From the NCBI RefSeq assembly GCF_004010195.1, contig NC_057752.1:6336044-6400043 (forward strand): DNA of 64,000 bases. The letters are read 5' to 3'. The stretch's first letter is position 1. The number at the start of each line of letters is the position of its first letter. Shown here in pieces: positions 38,734 through 52,269 of this stretch. The stretch is from Chiloscyllium plagiosum (taxonomy: Eukaryota). Below the pieces are notes generated by a model. The model was not told where the DNA came from and did not search any database. It saw only the letters and a list, made by a program, of their open reading frames with translations. A program made the translations under genes and the position numbers.

Positions 38734-39620
38734 GTAGAACATAGAACATAGAACAATACAGTGCAGAACAGGCCCTTTGGCCCTCGATGTTGCGCTGACC
38801 TGTGAACTATTCTCAGCTCGTCCCCCTACACTATACCATCATCATCCATGTGCTTATCTAAGGATTGTTTAAATTTCCCTAATGTGGCTGAGTTAACTAC
38901 ATTGGCAGGTAAGGCATTCCACACCCTTACTACTCTCTGAGTAAAGAACCTGCCTCTGACATCTGTCTTAAATCTATCACCCCTCAATTTGTAGTTATGC
39001 CCCCTCATACAAGCTGACATCATCATCCTAGGAAAAAGACTCTCACTGTCTACCCTATCTAATCCTCTGATCATCTTGTATGTCTCTATCAAATCCCCTC
39101 TTAGCCTTCTTCTTCCCAAAGAGAACAAACCCAAGTCTCTCAGCCTTTCCTCATAAGACCTTCTCTCCAGACCAGGCAAATCCTGGTAAATCTCCTCTGC
39201 ATCTTTTCCAATGCTTCCACATTCTTCCCAAAATATGGCAACCAGAACTGTACACAATATTCCAAGTGTGGCCGCACTAGCGTTTTGTATTGTTGCAGCA
39301 TGATATTGCAGCTCCGGAACTCAATCCTTCTACCAATGAAACCTAACACACCGTATGCCTTCTTCACAGCACTATCCACCTGGGTGGCAACTTCCAGGGA
39401 TCTGTGTACATGGACTCCAAGATCCCTCTGCACATCCACACTACCAAGAATCTTTCCATTGACCCAGTACTCTGCCTTCCTGTTATTCTTCCTAAAGTGC
39501 ATCACCTCACATTTAGCTGCACTGAACTCCATTTGCCACCTCTCAGCCCAATTCTGCAGTTTATCCAAGTCCCCGTGCAAATGGTAACATTCTTCCAAAC
39601 TGTCCACTACTCTACCGACT
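38734..39620 (-). mobile_element. CR1/HER1-type LINE 3' part
   Basis: WAERWQMEF..LVRPHLEYCVQFW..RRLRGDLIETYKM; (ttctatg)n tail seen as tagaaca repeats. Confidence 0.93.
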
Positions 39621-40599
39621 CCATTTCCATAGCATGTCCTGGGTTTGTCTAAATGCTCCAGAAAGTTCCACATACCCTCTGAAAATGCTGCTGCTCTGAG
39701 CTGACAAAATAAAAAAACTGGCAAGGAGTGAGAGGAGAAAGTGGTGTGGGAACAGTGGGAACGGATTCCAAGGTGCAGCAGACCACACGCGTTCTCATTG
39801 GATTCTGTGGTTGGGATTTTCACTCATGCCAGAATGGCTTGAATTACAACCCTTATCTTGAAAATATAGTGCGAACTGGAGATTTGCTTTGCCAAGTCTT
39901 CTTACATTCACATAATGAACTGTAGTGAAAGGAACGTAAAACCTAATTTAGAGGCTGCTCCCTTATTTTAATCCATAGATACAAATCACATTGGCCTGAA
40001 GATTCGTGCAAGTATCTGTTATGATACTGGAGAATCTCACGGTCCACTTTTTCTTTTGGAACCAAGTACCTCAGTTTTCTCACACGTGTCCATTCTCCAT
40101 GACAAAGTCTGACCCAAATGTCTTTCTAAATGTCAGTTATTAGTGCCAAGGGTTTGGTCAAACCACCAGAATGCAGTTTTGTTTTCATGGACCGAATACT
40201 TCTCTTGCATACCAATATTCCAATGGGAGGCCTCAAACTGAAGAGGCCTCATGTGCTGAAGCTGCACAGCAAAGTTATGGGCAGAAAGCAGGAAATGAAG
40301 AGAGGAGGAGTACTTGGAAGAGAAAATAGAGGCTAATACGTCAGTTCTTCCGATAGTTGCCAGGCCCTGATCGCTCCCAGCTGTTGTGGTTTACTCAACC
40401 TCTTGTTATTGTACTCTTTAGCAAATACTATAGTCATTTCTGATCACTGCAAACAGAAGACACAGATTTTTCTGTCTGCACTTTAAAATGCTAACCATGT
40501 CATCCAAATAGATTTCTACAATAGTGACAGTCTGTCCCAGAGATGAGCTTCCAACCACATATCCACACCAAGACCATTTGTTTCCACCTCTGTAACCTC

Positions 40600-41070
40600 A
40601 CCTAAGTGCTCTTTCTCAGCTCAGCTACTGCTGAAACTCTCACTCTGCCTTTTGTTACCTCTGGGCACAACTATTCCATTGCACGCTTTGCTGCCCATCC
40701 TGTTTTCCTATCCCCCATGTACTCACCGACCTCCCAGTCAAGCAATTAAAATTCTCATCCATGTTTACAAATCCCTCCATGGCCTTGCTCCTCCAGCCCC
40801 ATACCCTTCTGAGATGAGCTTCCCTGGTTTTGCTTGTGGCATCATTCAGCTGTTAGCACAAAACTCTAGAATGCTCTTCTTATCCCACTCCATTCTTTAA
40901 ATTGTTTTTCTCCTTTAAGACACTCTCTAAGAACTAACAGGTTGACCAATTTTGGTTGAACATCTCCTTATGCATTTTGGTATCATACTTTGTTTTATAA
41001 TGCTCCTATGAAGCTACTTGGGAAGCTTCATTATATTATAGTCGCTACGGAAATATAAGTTGCTGTTGCT
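40600..41070 (+). mobile_element. L2-like LINE 3' fragment
   Basis: gcctttgttacctct..taaaattctcatcc..caaatccctccatggcc; tail gctac..aaatataagttgctgttg. Confidence 0.6.
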
Positions 41071-42361
41071 ACTGCATTTATCCTCAAGAATGGAACTGAA
41101 GGCTGATGAATCTCCTTTTGTTCACTTGCCATGGTCTGACTTTGCAACTATTCTTTAGTCTCTTTTATCAACAGCAGAGGCATTTGTTTCTATTTTGACT
41201 TCAGTAAGTCCAAGGAAGCAACTAGAAGATGTATTGGAAACTGCAGTTGCCTGAGCTGTCAGTCTATTACACAAGACTGTCCAGGGGAACTTAAAGGCAT
41301 AGCCCCACATTCAAAGACCATCTCGCCCCAGTCTTAGCCAAGCATAGGAGGGTGCTGATGCCAACTCAGCACCAATTCCTCCTTCAGTCAGTGGCTGGGA
41401 TTGGGAATGCACTGCATGAGAGTGTGGTGGAGGCAGATTCAGTTGGGGTTTTCACAAGAGAACTGGAGAATTACTTGGCGAGAAAGCATTGCAGGGCCAC
41501 AGTGAGAGGAAGGGGAGTGGGACTGGGACTGGGTTACTCTTCGGGAGAGCAACATTCACTTAGTAGGCTGAATGGCCTCCTCTGTGCTGGAATTATGAGG
41601 CGAGGATTCTCCCTTACTCCAGGATTCATGGGGATTTCAATCACTTTTTGTTTGCCTTTCAACCTGTCACAAACTTGTAGGAAGTCTCTAGAAAGTAAAG
41701 GCTCCGTGTGAATGGAAATAGCCGTGACAGTTGTTTCTGTTCTGAGCATCAGCGACAATGAGCTTTGGAAATTAGTATGTCAGGGTCATACAATGATCAC
41801 CGTCTGAAAACCAAAAGTCAGTGCCAAAGTCAGTGTGATGTCAGTGCCAAATATTGACTGCGACTTGTAATGTTGTTCGCTTTACATTGCTGTTCCTTCT
41901 GTGTATTGCAGGGGCTGTATTAGCATGTCAATCATCCCCGTTTTCATTCCAACACTTTAAAAATACAAGTCAACTTGCCTCATACACAAGGGTCAAACTG
42001 AGACCTTAGGTTAGCTCATTCAAAATACATCACTCTGAGGCTTCAAGTGATGGCTACTATCATGGCACACCTTTCACTGTGTGGTCTTTCAAAGCACGTG
42101 GCTGAGAGGATGGAAACGAAAGTCTTCCGAAAAATGTCTTGCTCGGGGTTATTTTAATTGGTTCCTGTTCAAAACCACTTACAAAGACTTGCCAATGTCA
42201 GATCTCACAGCCAGGAATGATCTATTTGGTTGATGAACTCAATGGGACCATCTCCAGCCATCTGCCATTGTGTTAACCACAGGCCACCTTTCAGCCCTGG
42301 GGTCCTGGTCAGAATTAAAAAGGTTAATCATGGGCACTATTTCAAGCTAAAGCATGATCAG

Positions 42362-42775
42362 TAACAACAACTAATATTTATATAGCACCTTTGACATAAT
42401 ACAATGGCCCAAAGTGCTTTATTGGAATGGTTTTAGCTATATTGGGAGATATTAAGTCAAATAACCAAATGCTTGGTCAGAGGTAGGTTTTAAGGAGCAT
42501 CTTAAAGGAGGCAAAAGAATCAGAGGGGTTTAGGAAGGGAATTCTAGAGCTTAAGTCACAGCTGACGGTATAGTCATTAACGGTGGAACAATTCTAATCA
42601 GGACTGCACAAGAGGCCAGAGTTTGAGGAGTACAGACATCTTGGGGGAGATGACCAAGATAGGGAAAGGCGAGTCTTAGAAGGACTTGAAAACAAATTTT
42701 AAAACCAAAGTGTTGCTTGACCAGCAGTCAGTGTGGGTCAGTGAGCAGAGGGGTGAATGATTTTGGTGCGATTTA
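42362..42775 (-). mobile_element. L2-like LINE 3' fragment
   Basis: aacaacaac..atttatatagcacctt..ggttttaaggagcatcttaaaggagg..gggaattctagagctta. Confidence 0.65.
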
Positions 42776-44349
42776 AGAGGCCCCAGAAAGCAACAGCAGA
42801 CAATACCAGCTAATTTTAGCGAAATTCTGTTGAGTCAGTTAACTAGGCAAACTGACATTTCAAGGCATTAACTGAGATTGGGCCTACTTTTCCCTCTGCA
42901 TTCTTTGCTATATCTTTGTTACATTAGCAAATTCAATTCGCAATAGGGGGTGTTCTTTAAATGTAACCAATACAGACAAATGAGAAGGCATCCTGTGGCT
43001 CCAATAACAATGAGGGCTAATCTCTCTCTCCAATTTATTGCTATAGGCCTGCCAGACCTCAAACTCTACTGGGAACCATGAGCAATTACTTCACATAAAT
43101 AAAACCCAATTTCATCGCGAAAATCTACATTGTCTGTTCAGCACATGTTGAAAACTCAAAAGAGATGTGACCTTTCCCCTGTCTGACAGGCGCTGGTGAC
43201 AAACGGTTTTAATTCTTTCCACGCCACTAAACGTTTGAAGACATATTTACACTTCCATTGTTACGGGAATTTAGATTGTTCAGGACAAACTTCATTAGCA
43301 AACAAAGCCACAGGAATCCATTATATTTTGTTGCACAACTAGGAGAAACAAAGGTTGAGGGGATTATACAATTTTATACTTCAGATATAATTTGTTCTTG
43401 TTGGCATTTGTCAGAGTACATTTTTTTAATACACTTTTATCCTTCCCCTTCTTTATAGATTAGATCACTGAGGGTTAGACAGAGTTTTGAATTTCTTAAA
43501 CATGGCTGAAGCAGCCTTCAGGTTAATACCACTTCACTGGGAGCTTTTACTGAATTTTACGGAATCAGGACAAATGTGGCAATTGTCATGATCCAAGAAC
43601 CCATCTGTCAAAAGCAGCTACAGTCGAAGCTTATTCTCACTCAGTGAGATGGTGAGGCATAGAATGATACTTCTTGGCTCACCAAATAGCCAAAAAGAAA
43701 AGCCTTATCTTTATGGCCTGCAGTTTTTTTCTGAACCAACAAACAGCAGCTTTACATAAAGGTAGTTTTGTACACCAATCTATGCCAATACATTGTGTGC
43801 TTTAAGTGCCTCTGGTGAGTGTATAATCTAAATATGTAGTGAATTAGCCACCAAATCCCACACTGGGCAAATTTCCCCACATGTTCCAGAGAATGGAGGT
43901 ACCCTATTATACATACTACACATTACTTGTACTGCTGTTAGCTGGTCTCATTAGGGGGTGTCATGGGCATCACAGAAATCCTGTATTGGCCTCATTAGCA
44001 ACAGAAGCTTCTTGAACAACTATACATGTATTCGAGCTTTAGGGTCATTTGCCGCTCATCAAAGAGAGTGACGCTAATGATGGAGAGTGGAACCAGTTCC
44101 AAATTCAAGTCCTCATTTTGTCAGATTGGCTATCCACAAAGCTCATAGGATTTACAACACATTAACAAGGCCATTTGGCCCCAGTGGTCCATACTGGTGT
44201 TTATGTTCCACTACAGCATCCTCCCATGGTTGCACCTTATCAACAAAATCTTTCATCCTCATGAGCTCATCCAGCTTCTCCTTAAGTGTACCCCTACTAA
44301 TCATCTCAGCCGCTCCCTGTGGTAGGGAGTTCCACATTCTCACCACCTG

Positions 44350-44505
44350 AACAACAAAAAACAAAGAACTCCCGAATGCTGGAAATCAGAAACAAAAACA
44401 GAAATTGCTGGAGAAGCTCAGCGGGTCTGCCAGCATCTATGGAGTGAAATCAGAGTTAACGTGTCGAGTCTAATCGTTAACTCTGCAATTTCTGTTTTTG
44501 TTACT
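44350..44505. mobile_element. Penelope-like family C fold-back fragment
   Basis: aacaaaaacagaaattgc..cagagttaacg / cgttaactctgcaatttctgtttttgtt inverted arms. Confidence 0.7.
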
Positions 44506-46544
44506 GTTATAACCTATTTGTTCTGCTACTATACTGACCAGGACATAAAAAAAAACACTGTTCCTCTGAGGAAAAAAATGTGCTATGGAATCTTTTATAT
44601 CCAACTAAGCCAACAGACAGGGCCTCAACTGAGATATGTCATTGACAACACTGCAGCACCTCTGAGTCCTATACTGAAGCGTCACCCTTGATTATGCACT
44701 TAATCCCTGGATATTTTATCTACTTAAAATGTCAACAAAAAACGAAAACTCACTCTGATGGCAAATATCAGTGAAAGCAAAACTATTAACTTCGAAATTA
44801 TGTTCTATATAATCTATTGTGATCCTGCTGCCTATAAAGACCTTGCAGGGTTAAAGTAACTTAGTCAACAGACAGCCATCAGTTCAGCTGACAGCTGTTT
44901 GACCTGTGGAGTGCTACATCCTGCTTCTAGTGAACTGGGAAACAGCTAAACTTGGAACATGAAGTGTTCTTCCTCAGACAAACAGTCCGAAAAACATTAC
45001 TCAGATGTGAAATAGTGTTCCTCCCTATTATATAAATGAAAATGTAAATTGTCAGAAGATGGTTCATCCTGTCTATTGCTTTGAGATAGCGAGCAAGAGC
45101 TCCGGCAGTTTTGAGCTCTTGTGATGCATTAAATCCTTGAAATCATTTAAATTTTAATTTTGCCTCTGTCCAAAGTCAATTTCACACAGACGTTTAGATC
45201 TGCTTTTATTTCAGCAAACCAGCGCACATAATTTTAGCCAACAATTAAAGCTGAGGGACATTCCTTTATAGAAACATTTTTATGAACACCCAAAGCTTAG
45301 TTAAATATTGATTTTATTGAACACTTATGGTGCATATGTGACTCATTAGAAAGGAGAGTGGTGTAGCCCTTTGACAGGATGTAGGGTCACACATGTTTAG
45401 ACCTATATTACCCTGAACTCCACTCTTCTGAACACTGGAGCTGGTTTTCTGGAGGTTTTTTATAAAGAAAACTAGTCTGGCTCCCACACCGAAGAGTTGG
45501 AAACATGCTGTGATGAAAAAAAGGCTTATTTGGAAGTGTTTTATTTTACAACAGGGCAGCTTAAAGGGACATTGTCGTTCTTGAACAAGAATACTTGCTG
45601 AACCATTTCTTTTCTTTTGCTACACTCCCATCAAAGAATTGATGGAAGACTTGGATGCTGACATGGTTAGGGTTATCACAGCGTGCTTGTAAGCAAGCAA
45701 GTTATTGTGATCTGAAACGTGCTACCTGAAGAGCCGGTGGAAAACAAAGTAATCGTAACTTTTTCAAAAGGAATTGGATAACCTAGGCTATGGGAACAGG
45801 GCATAAGAGTGAGATTAATTAGACAACTTGACCAAACAGACAGGATGGCCACAATGGGCTAAATAGCCTCATTTCTGTGGTTTCATGACATCAAAAATAG
45901 TTTGCTAACCATTTGTTTGAAATTCTTATTTTTGTGTGAATTTTCTCTGACAAGGAATGTTAGAGCTGGAATTCTTTCCGCTGTTGTTGCCAGCATCAAG
46001 CACTCCCACAGAGGCTCGATGTAGAAATGAAATGTCAAGCTACCCTGCGCTCCAAGACAAACCGTCACTCCCAAGCTCAGCCGAATGTCACCTATTGTAC
46101 GACGTCTCCATTTCCCACAGGGGTTGTCCTGTGGTCTTTGTGAGTAACTGCTGTGCACAAAACTGGCTGAAATCAAAGCCAGATGCCAGCGTGGCTTGTG
46201 TGTGTGTGTGTGTGTGTGGGGTGAACCAGCTGGGGCCCCTGCCCTTTCCTGATTCCCATTCTGTATAAGTGCAGATTGGAGTGATGGCTCTACATGCTTA
46301 CAAACAATCATTAGACTCACATATGAATGGTATCTGACTGACTAATTCCTAAAGAAGCTATTAGCATGGATCTCAGAAACTTGAGCCTACATAGAATATA
46401 AAACTATAGGGACCAAGCTCACAAATCCACAGAACTGGCTGCCCAAAACATTATCAGTCACAATTAAAATAAAGCGAAACTAATTGCAAGGATTTCAGCC
46501 AGACAGACTGTAGGTCCCAGGTACTGAAGTTATTTCTTATGCTT

Positions 46545-46962
46545 GATTGATCTGTGGCTTGCAATGGCACTTGACGTGCACGTAAAAATCCACACTGACA
46601 GTCCAGCGCAGTACTGAGGGAGTGCTGCACTGTCTGAGGAGCTGTCTTTCAAATGACATGTCAAATCATGGCTCCATCTCCTACATTGCTCGCATATACA
46701 TAAAATAATCTGTGGCATTATGTTGAAGAAGAGTGGGGTGAGTAATCCGTTTCCCTGTTGACCTGGTTAATCCTTATCCCTCAATCAACACCACAAAGAA
46801 AACTGCCTCATTGTCTCATTGCTGTCTGTGGGCTCTTGCTGTGTGCAAATGGGCTGCTGTGTTTCTTACATCACAACGGTGAATATACTTTCAAAGTACT
46901 TCATTGACCATAAAACACTTTGGCATAATCAGGATGCTATATCAATGCAAGGTTTTCTTTTT
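46545..46962 (+). mobile_element. Deu-domain SINE
   Basis: cagtactgagggagtgctgcactgtc..gtctttcaaatga..tatccctcaatcaac..cttgctgtgtgcaaatgggctg..aatgcaagg. Confidence 0.75.
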
Positions 46963-47339
46963 GTCACTAATACAAAAAAACACGTCACAAACCAAACACA
47001 AGAACATTGGAGCAAAGCTCACAGGACGTATGTTCAAAAAAGGCAGTATATAAATGTAAATCTTTCTTGCAGTACACAGTGTGCTTGTCTAGCACTTGGA
47101 GACTCTCAGTATACAGGTCAACAGCTAATGCTTTGCATGTGCATCAATCTACTGCTTTATCGCTGAGTTGACATTTGAACATGAGAGAAAAGTCAGAACT
47201 TCAAAAATTACTGCATGGCAAAGTTCATCATTAAAACTCAGCAAGTTGCTAAGGCTCAGTCTGACTCCAGTGGTCAGTTTGTTGAAGTGTATCGGAATCC
47301 TGGTGTCTAAGAAGAGAGAAGTAGAATTAATGTTTTAAA

Positions 47340-48402
47340 AAAAATTATTTCAGGGGATGTGGGTATCAATGTCTGAGCCAACATTTATTGCCTATCCAGA
47401 GTTGGAAAGTGAAGACTCCACATGCTTACAATCATTAGACTCACATAAGATAGGTATTTGAGTGACTAATTCCTAAAGAAGCTATTAGCATGGACCTCAG
47501 GAACTTGAGCCTACATTCCTATATAAGTAAGTGTGTTGAATATAAAACTATAGGGACCAAGCTCACAAATCAACAGAGCTGACTGGTCAAAACATTACCA
47601 GCCACTATTAAAGTAAAATTATTCTTTAAGAAGTGGTGGTGTGTTGCCTTTTTGAATCTCTGCAGTCCATGTTGCACAGGTACACAGAGAGTTCCAGGAT
47701 TTTGACCCAACACTGAAGGAACAGTGATACATTTCCAAGACAGGATGGGGAATGGCTTGGAGGGACACTGGAGGTGATGGTGTTCCTGTGTATCTGCTGC
47801 CCTTGTCCTTCTAGATGGTAGAGATTGAGGGTTTGAAAGGTGCTGTAAAAAGAGATTTGGTGATTTGCTGCAGTGCACAGTGTAGATGGTACACACTGAT
47901 GGTGCTGAGCTGTGGCGGAGGGGGTGGATGTTGAGGGTAGTGGATGGGATGCTCATCAACGGATGGGATGCTCATCAACTGGGTTGCTTTGACCTGCACC
48001 ATCTTGAGTGTGGTTGGAGCTGCACCCAAGGGAGTATTCCATCACATTCCTGACTTGTGCCTTGTAGATGGTGGACAGGCTTTGGGGACTCAGGAGGTGA
48101 GTCATTTGCTGCAGTATTCCTAGCCTCTGACCTGCTCTTGTAGTATTTATATTGCTGACCCAATTCAGTTTTTAGTCAATGGTGACTCCCAGGATGTTGA
48201 TAGTGGGGGATTCAGCAATGGTAATGGCAATACCTTTGTTGGAGATGATCACTGCCTGCCGCTTGCTGGTGTTAATGTTACTTGCTACTTTTCAGCTCAA
48301 ACTTGGATATTGTCCAGGTCCTTTGACACAGGCTGCTTCAGTATCTGAGAAGTCGCAAACATTGGAGCATTCATCGGTGAACATCCCCACTCTTGCTTTA
48401 TG
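47340..48402 (-). mobile_element. CR1-clade LINE family 2, interrupted by an insert at about 47402-47620
   Basis: Tail gccaacatttattgcctatcc|insert|aagaagtggtgg..ttccaggattttgaccc; minus strand RRTRAADTQEHHHL. Confidence 0.8.
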
Positions 48403-48904
48403 AGGACAGATTGATGAGCCTGCATCAACATTGGACGTTTCATAGCTCATCAAATCTGCTTCTCTCTCCGCAGATGCTGCCTGACCTGTTCAGCATTTTC
48501 TCTTTGATGTCAGATGTGCAGCACTTTGCTTGTGGCTGGTAATTTACAGGCAATTACCCATCGACAGGGGAAGAGCGCGAGCAGCCGGCCTGTGTTTGAC
48601 CCCGGGTGAGAGAGGTCCTAGCAGTGATCCGTGGTGGCCACAGGGAGCAGGCGGGAGGCCTGACATGCACATGCACACACACGGCTCTCATTGAATGGCA
48701 TTGAAACCTGAGCCTGCTCTGTAATCGGCAAGGAGACCTGTCAATAACAAGGGGGAAAGCCACTGATGTTTAAACCAGGGGACAAGGGGCAACATCTCCA
48801 GCCGTGGGGACGCAGTTAAAGGAGGTGCTGTCCACGGGGTCAATCTGTGGCGGGCCTAGCATATTCCAGCCTGGGACTGTGCAGAGGGCAGCAGCGCTGA
48901 TGTT

Positions 48905-49205
48905 TAGATTAGATTAGATTGCAGCGTGGAAACAGGCCCTTCGGCCCAACAAGTCCACACCGACCCGCCGAAGCGCAACCCACCCATACCCCTACATTTA
49001 TCCCTTACCTCACACTACGGGCAATTTAGCATGGCCAATTCACCTAACCTGGACATCTTTGGACTGTGGGAGGAAACCGGAGCACCCGGAGGAAACCCAC
49101 GCAGACACGGGGAGAACGTGCAAACTCCACACAGTCAGTCGCCTGAGGCGGGAATTGAACCCGGGTCTCAGGCGCTGTGAGGCAACAGTGCCACCGTGCC
49201 ACCCA
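48905..49205 (-). mobile_element. Young HE1/V-SINE-type SINE (small deletion in A-box region)
   Basis: Near-identical to 21517-21844; (tctaa)n tail; B box GGTTCAATTCC. Confidence 0.92.
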
Positions 49206-51394
49206 CTTTTTTTTTAAAGGAATCCTCATCATTCTCTAATGCTTCTGCAAATCTCTTATGAGCCTATGGACCTGAGCCACTGACAACTCTGCTCCGGAAA
49301 CTAGATCCCTAACAGCATTGACTCTCAGAATCCATTCTAGTAAGTTGTGACAGCAGGAATCCCTGAAGACTATCACATTGTGCAGCGTCCACCGCTGTCC
49401 ACGGGGTCAATCTGTGGCGGGCCCAGCATATTCCAGCCTGGGACTGTGCAGAGGGCAGCAGCGCTGATGTTGTGACAGCAGGAATCCCTGAAGACTGTCA
49501 CACTGTGCAGCGTCCACCGCCACCTAACACAACAGAACACTGAATTTATGATGAAAAATGTGGCCCTTCCTTTGACATCGTAGGCAGTGCATTCCAGGAA
49601 GATTTGAAGAGCCGTGTGACTGCAGCCAGAAAAGCATTCTCTACATAATCAGATCGCAGACTGCAGTGACCTGCACACAAACTGTTACTTTTCGAGTCAA
49701 TATGCTTGAGGAGTTCCCGAGTCATATGTCGTCGGAAAAATTGACATGACTGCATTAAAAAGTCTGCTTTCCCCCTATACACACCCAAGAAAAAAGGTCA
49801 GTTTCAATGAGCGTTGAGCCCCTTTAAAGTTTCCTACCAGCTTCCAAAAAGCAACAAGTTGGCCTCATTTCTTTATTCCTGTCGCTTTCATTCCCCGTTT
49901 ACCCCCCTTTTTTTGGCTCCCCAAGGTTACAAAATCTCGTAAATAAAACATCAATAACCCATGCCTTACTAGAAAACAATTACAGTTACTTGACCTTTGC
50001 CCCCTTTCGCCTGGCCATATATTAAGCAGAACGTTCTTAGCAGTGTTTTCGTTTGAAAACATGTCTGGCACGATATATACAGTATATGTGTGTGTATGTG
50101 GGGGACTTGTCTCACTGTACAAAGTCACAATGTAACACCTTACAACAACAAACGCACTTTTCTACAGACGATCCTCCTCAAACACACGCATACACAGAGC
50201 CCCAGGACGGGATGAAATACCTTTGTGAGCCTCATTTTTTCTTCTTTCCTCCTCGTAGCTTCATCTGGGGGCCCACACAGCTCCTTCCCGCAGCAATCGA
50301 GACTTAGAGCACAGCCCATGCAGCTCCCTCTCTCTGATGCTGGCTCAACTCTGACTCACAGGGAAATGTGTATTTTTTCCTTACACCCCCCCCCCCCCCC
50401 CCCCGCCGGAAAACGGAGTGGAGTTTAATTCTGGAACTTAGCACCGCCCTCTTTATTCACCGGCAGCGCCGGTCACAGTGGAACAAACTTCCCTGTGCCA
50501 GATGTGGTTGAAGTGGGGGGGGGGGGGTGTTTGGAAGAGCGCTGCTGTTTCTCCCTTTTACACAAACAGGTGTCAACACCAACCCCCCTCCCCCCCCCAA
50601 CCTTCGTTCACTGGGACATGGAGGCTCAGTCCCTCAGCCGCATTGACTGGGGAATGAATTTCATAACACAGCCATCAATCAAAAGGGGTTTGCAAAGAAC
50701 AAAGCATGACGGCATGCTGAGAGCATTTCAATTCACTCGTGAGGATTCCCCCCTCCCTCCAGTTTCTTGTGTCAGAGACTGTACCCTGCAAACAATGATT
50801 TAAACCGCTGAATGACAGCCACACCTAATGGATCCAGACCATTTCTCTTTCTCCGGATCTAGAATGTGTGAAGAAAGTAGCAAAGCTAATCTTGACTAAC
50901 CCTCTGCCGCTTCCTACTATGCCCTGAACTTGGTACAAATGCGAGAGGGAGCAGCCTCAGAGATGCTAATGATTTTGCTGCCGTTTCAAACACAGCGAGC
51001 ACTTGGGCCCCACACTTGTAGGAAGGATACCAATGTCCTGGAGGAGATGCAGGGGAGACTTGCAGAAAGGTGCATGAGATAAAAGATTCCGGTTATTTTG
51101 GGGAGACTTGAGAAGCCGGGATTGTCCTCCTCAGAGCAGAGATGATTAAGGGGAGGATTTAATCGAGGCATTCATAACCATGAAGTGTGTACTCAGGGAT
51201 GCATTCCCCGAAAAGATAGAAGCAGATTCAGCCAAAAAGGGAACGGAATGCCACTGCAGGATTCCTGGTAAAGAGCAGGCGTCTGGGACTAATCGGATAG
51301 CTTTTTCAGGAATCTGGCATGGGCCTGATGGGCGAACTGGCCTCTTTCTGTGCGATGCCATTCTTTGATTCTACTCCTCCCACTCCCTTACACA

Positions 51395-52197
51395 TAGAGA
51401 TGGACAGCATGGAAACAGACCCTTCGGTCCAACCCATCCAGATATCCCAACCCAATCTAGTCCCACCTGCCAGCACCCGGCCCATATTTCTCCAAACCCT
51501 TCCTATTCATATACCCATCCAAATGCCTCTTAAATGCTGTNNNNNNNNNNNNNNNNNNNNNNNNNNNNNNNNNNNNNNNNNNNNNNNNNNNNNNNNNNNN
51601 NNNNNNNNNNNNNNNNNNNNNNNNNNNNNNNNNNNNNNNNNNNNNNNNNNNNNNNNNNNNNNNNNNNNNNNNNNNNNNNNNNNNNNNNNNNNNNNNNNNN
51701 NNNNNNNNNNNNNNNNNNNTACAGCTGCAACATGACCTCCCAACTCCTGTACTCAAAACTCTGACCAATAAAGGAAAGCATACCAAATGCCGCCTTCACT
51801 ACCCTATCTACCTGTGACTCCACTTTCAAGGAGCGATGAACCTGCATTCCAAGGTCTCTTTGTTCAGCAACACTCCCCAGGACCTTACCATTAAGTGTAT
51901 AAGTCCTGCTAAGATTTTATTTCCCAAAATGCAGCACCCCGCACTTATCTGAATTAAACTCCATATGCCACTTCTCAGCCCATCTGATCAAGATCCTGTT
52001 GTAACCCTCTTCGCTGTCCACTACACCTCCAATTTTGGTGTCATCTGCAAACTTACTAACTGTACCTCTTATGCGTGCATCCAAATAATTTATGTAAATG
52101 ACAAAAAGTAGAGGACCCAGCACCGATCCTTGTGGCACTCCACTGGTCAGACGTCCAGTCTGAAAAACAACCCTCCACCACCACCCTCTGTCTTCTA
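51395..52197 (-). mobile_element. CR1/HER1-type LINE 3' part containing assembly gap 51541-51719
   Basis: PQGSVLGPLLFVIYINYLD..SKFADDTKIGG; FKRHLDGYMNRKGLE. Confidence 0.92.
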
Positions 52198-52269
52198 CCC
52201 TAAGCTTTAGTTGTGTTTCTCCACAGTTTGCCCCTTACTGAGAGCAACCACTGATCATTTGGGAGAAAT

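Noticed and set aside
48405..48460. Hairpin cagattgatgagc...gctcatcaaatctg with TTGATGA, possible hammerhead or miRNA
   Set aside because: No GAAA after a stem II; abuts a decayed Penelope family C tail, so more likely a small insertion-associated inversion
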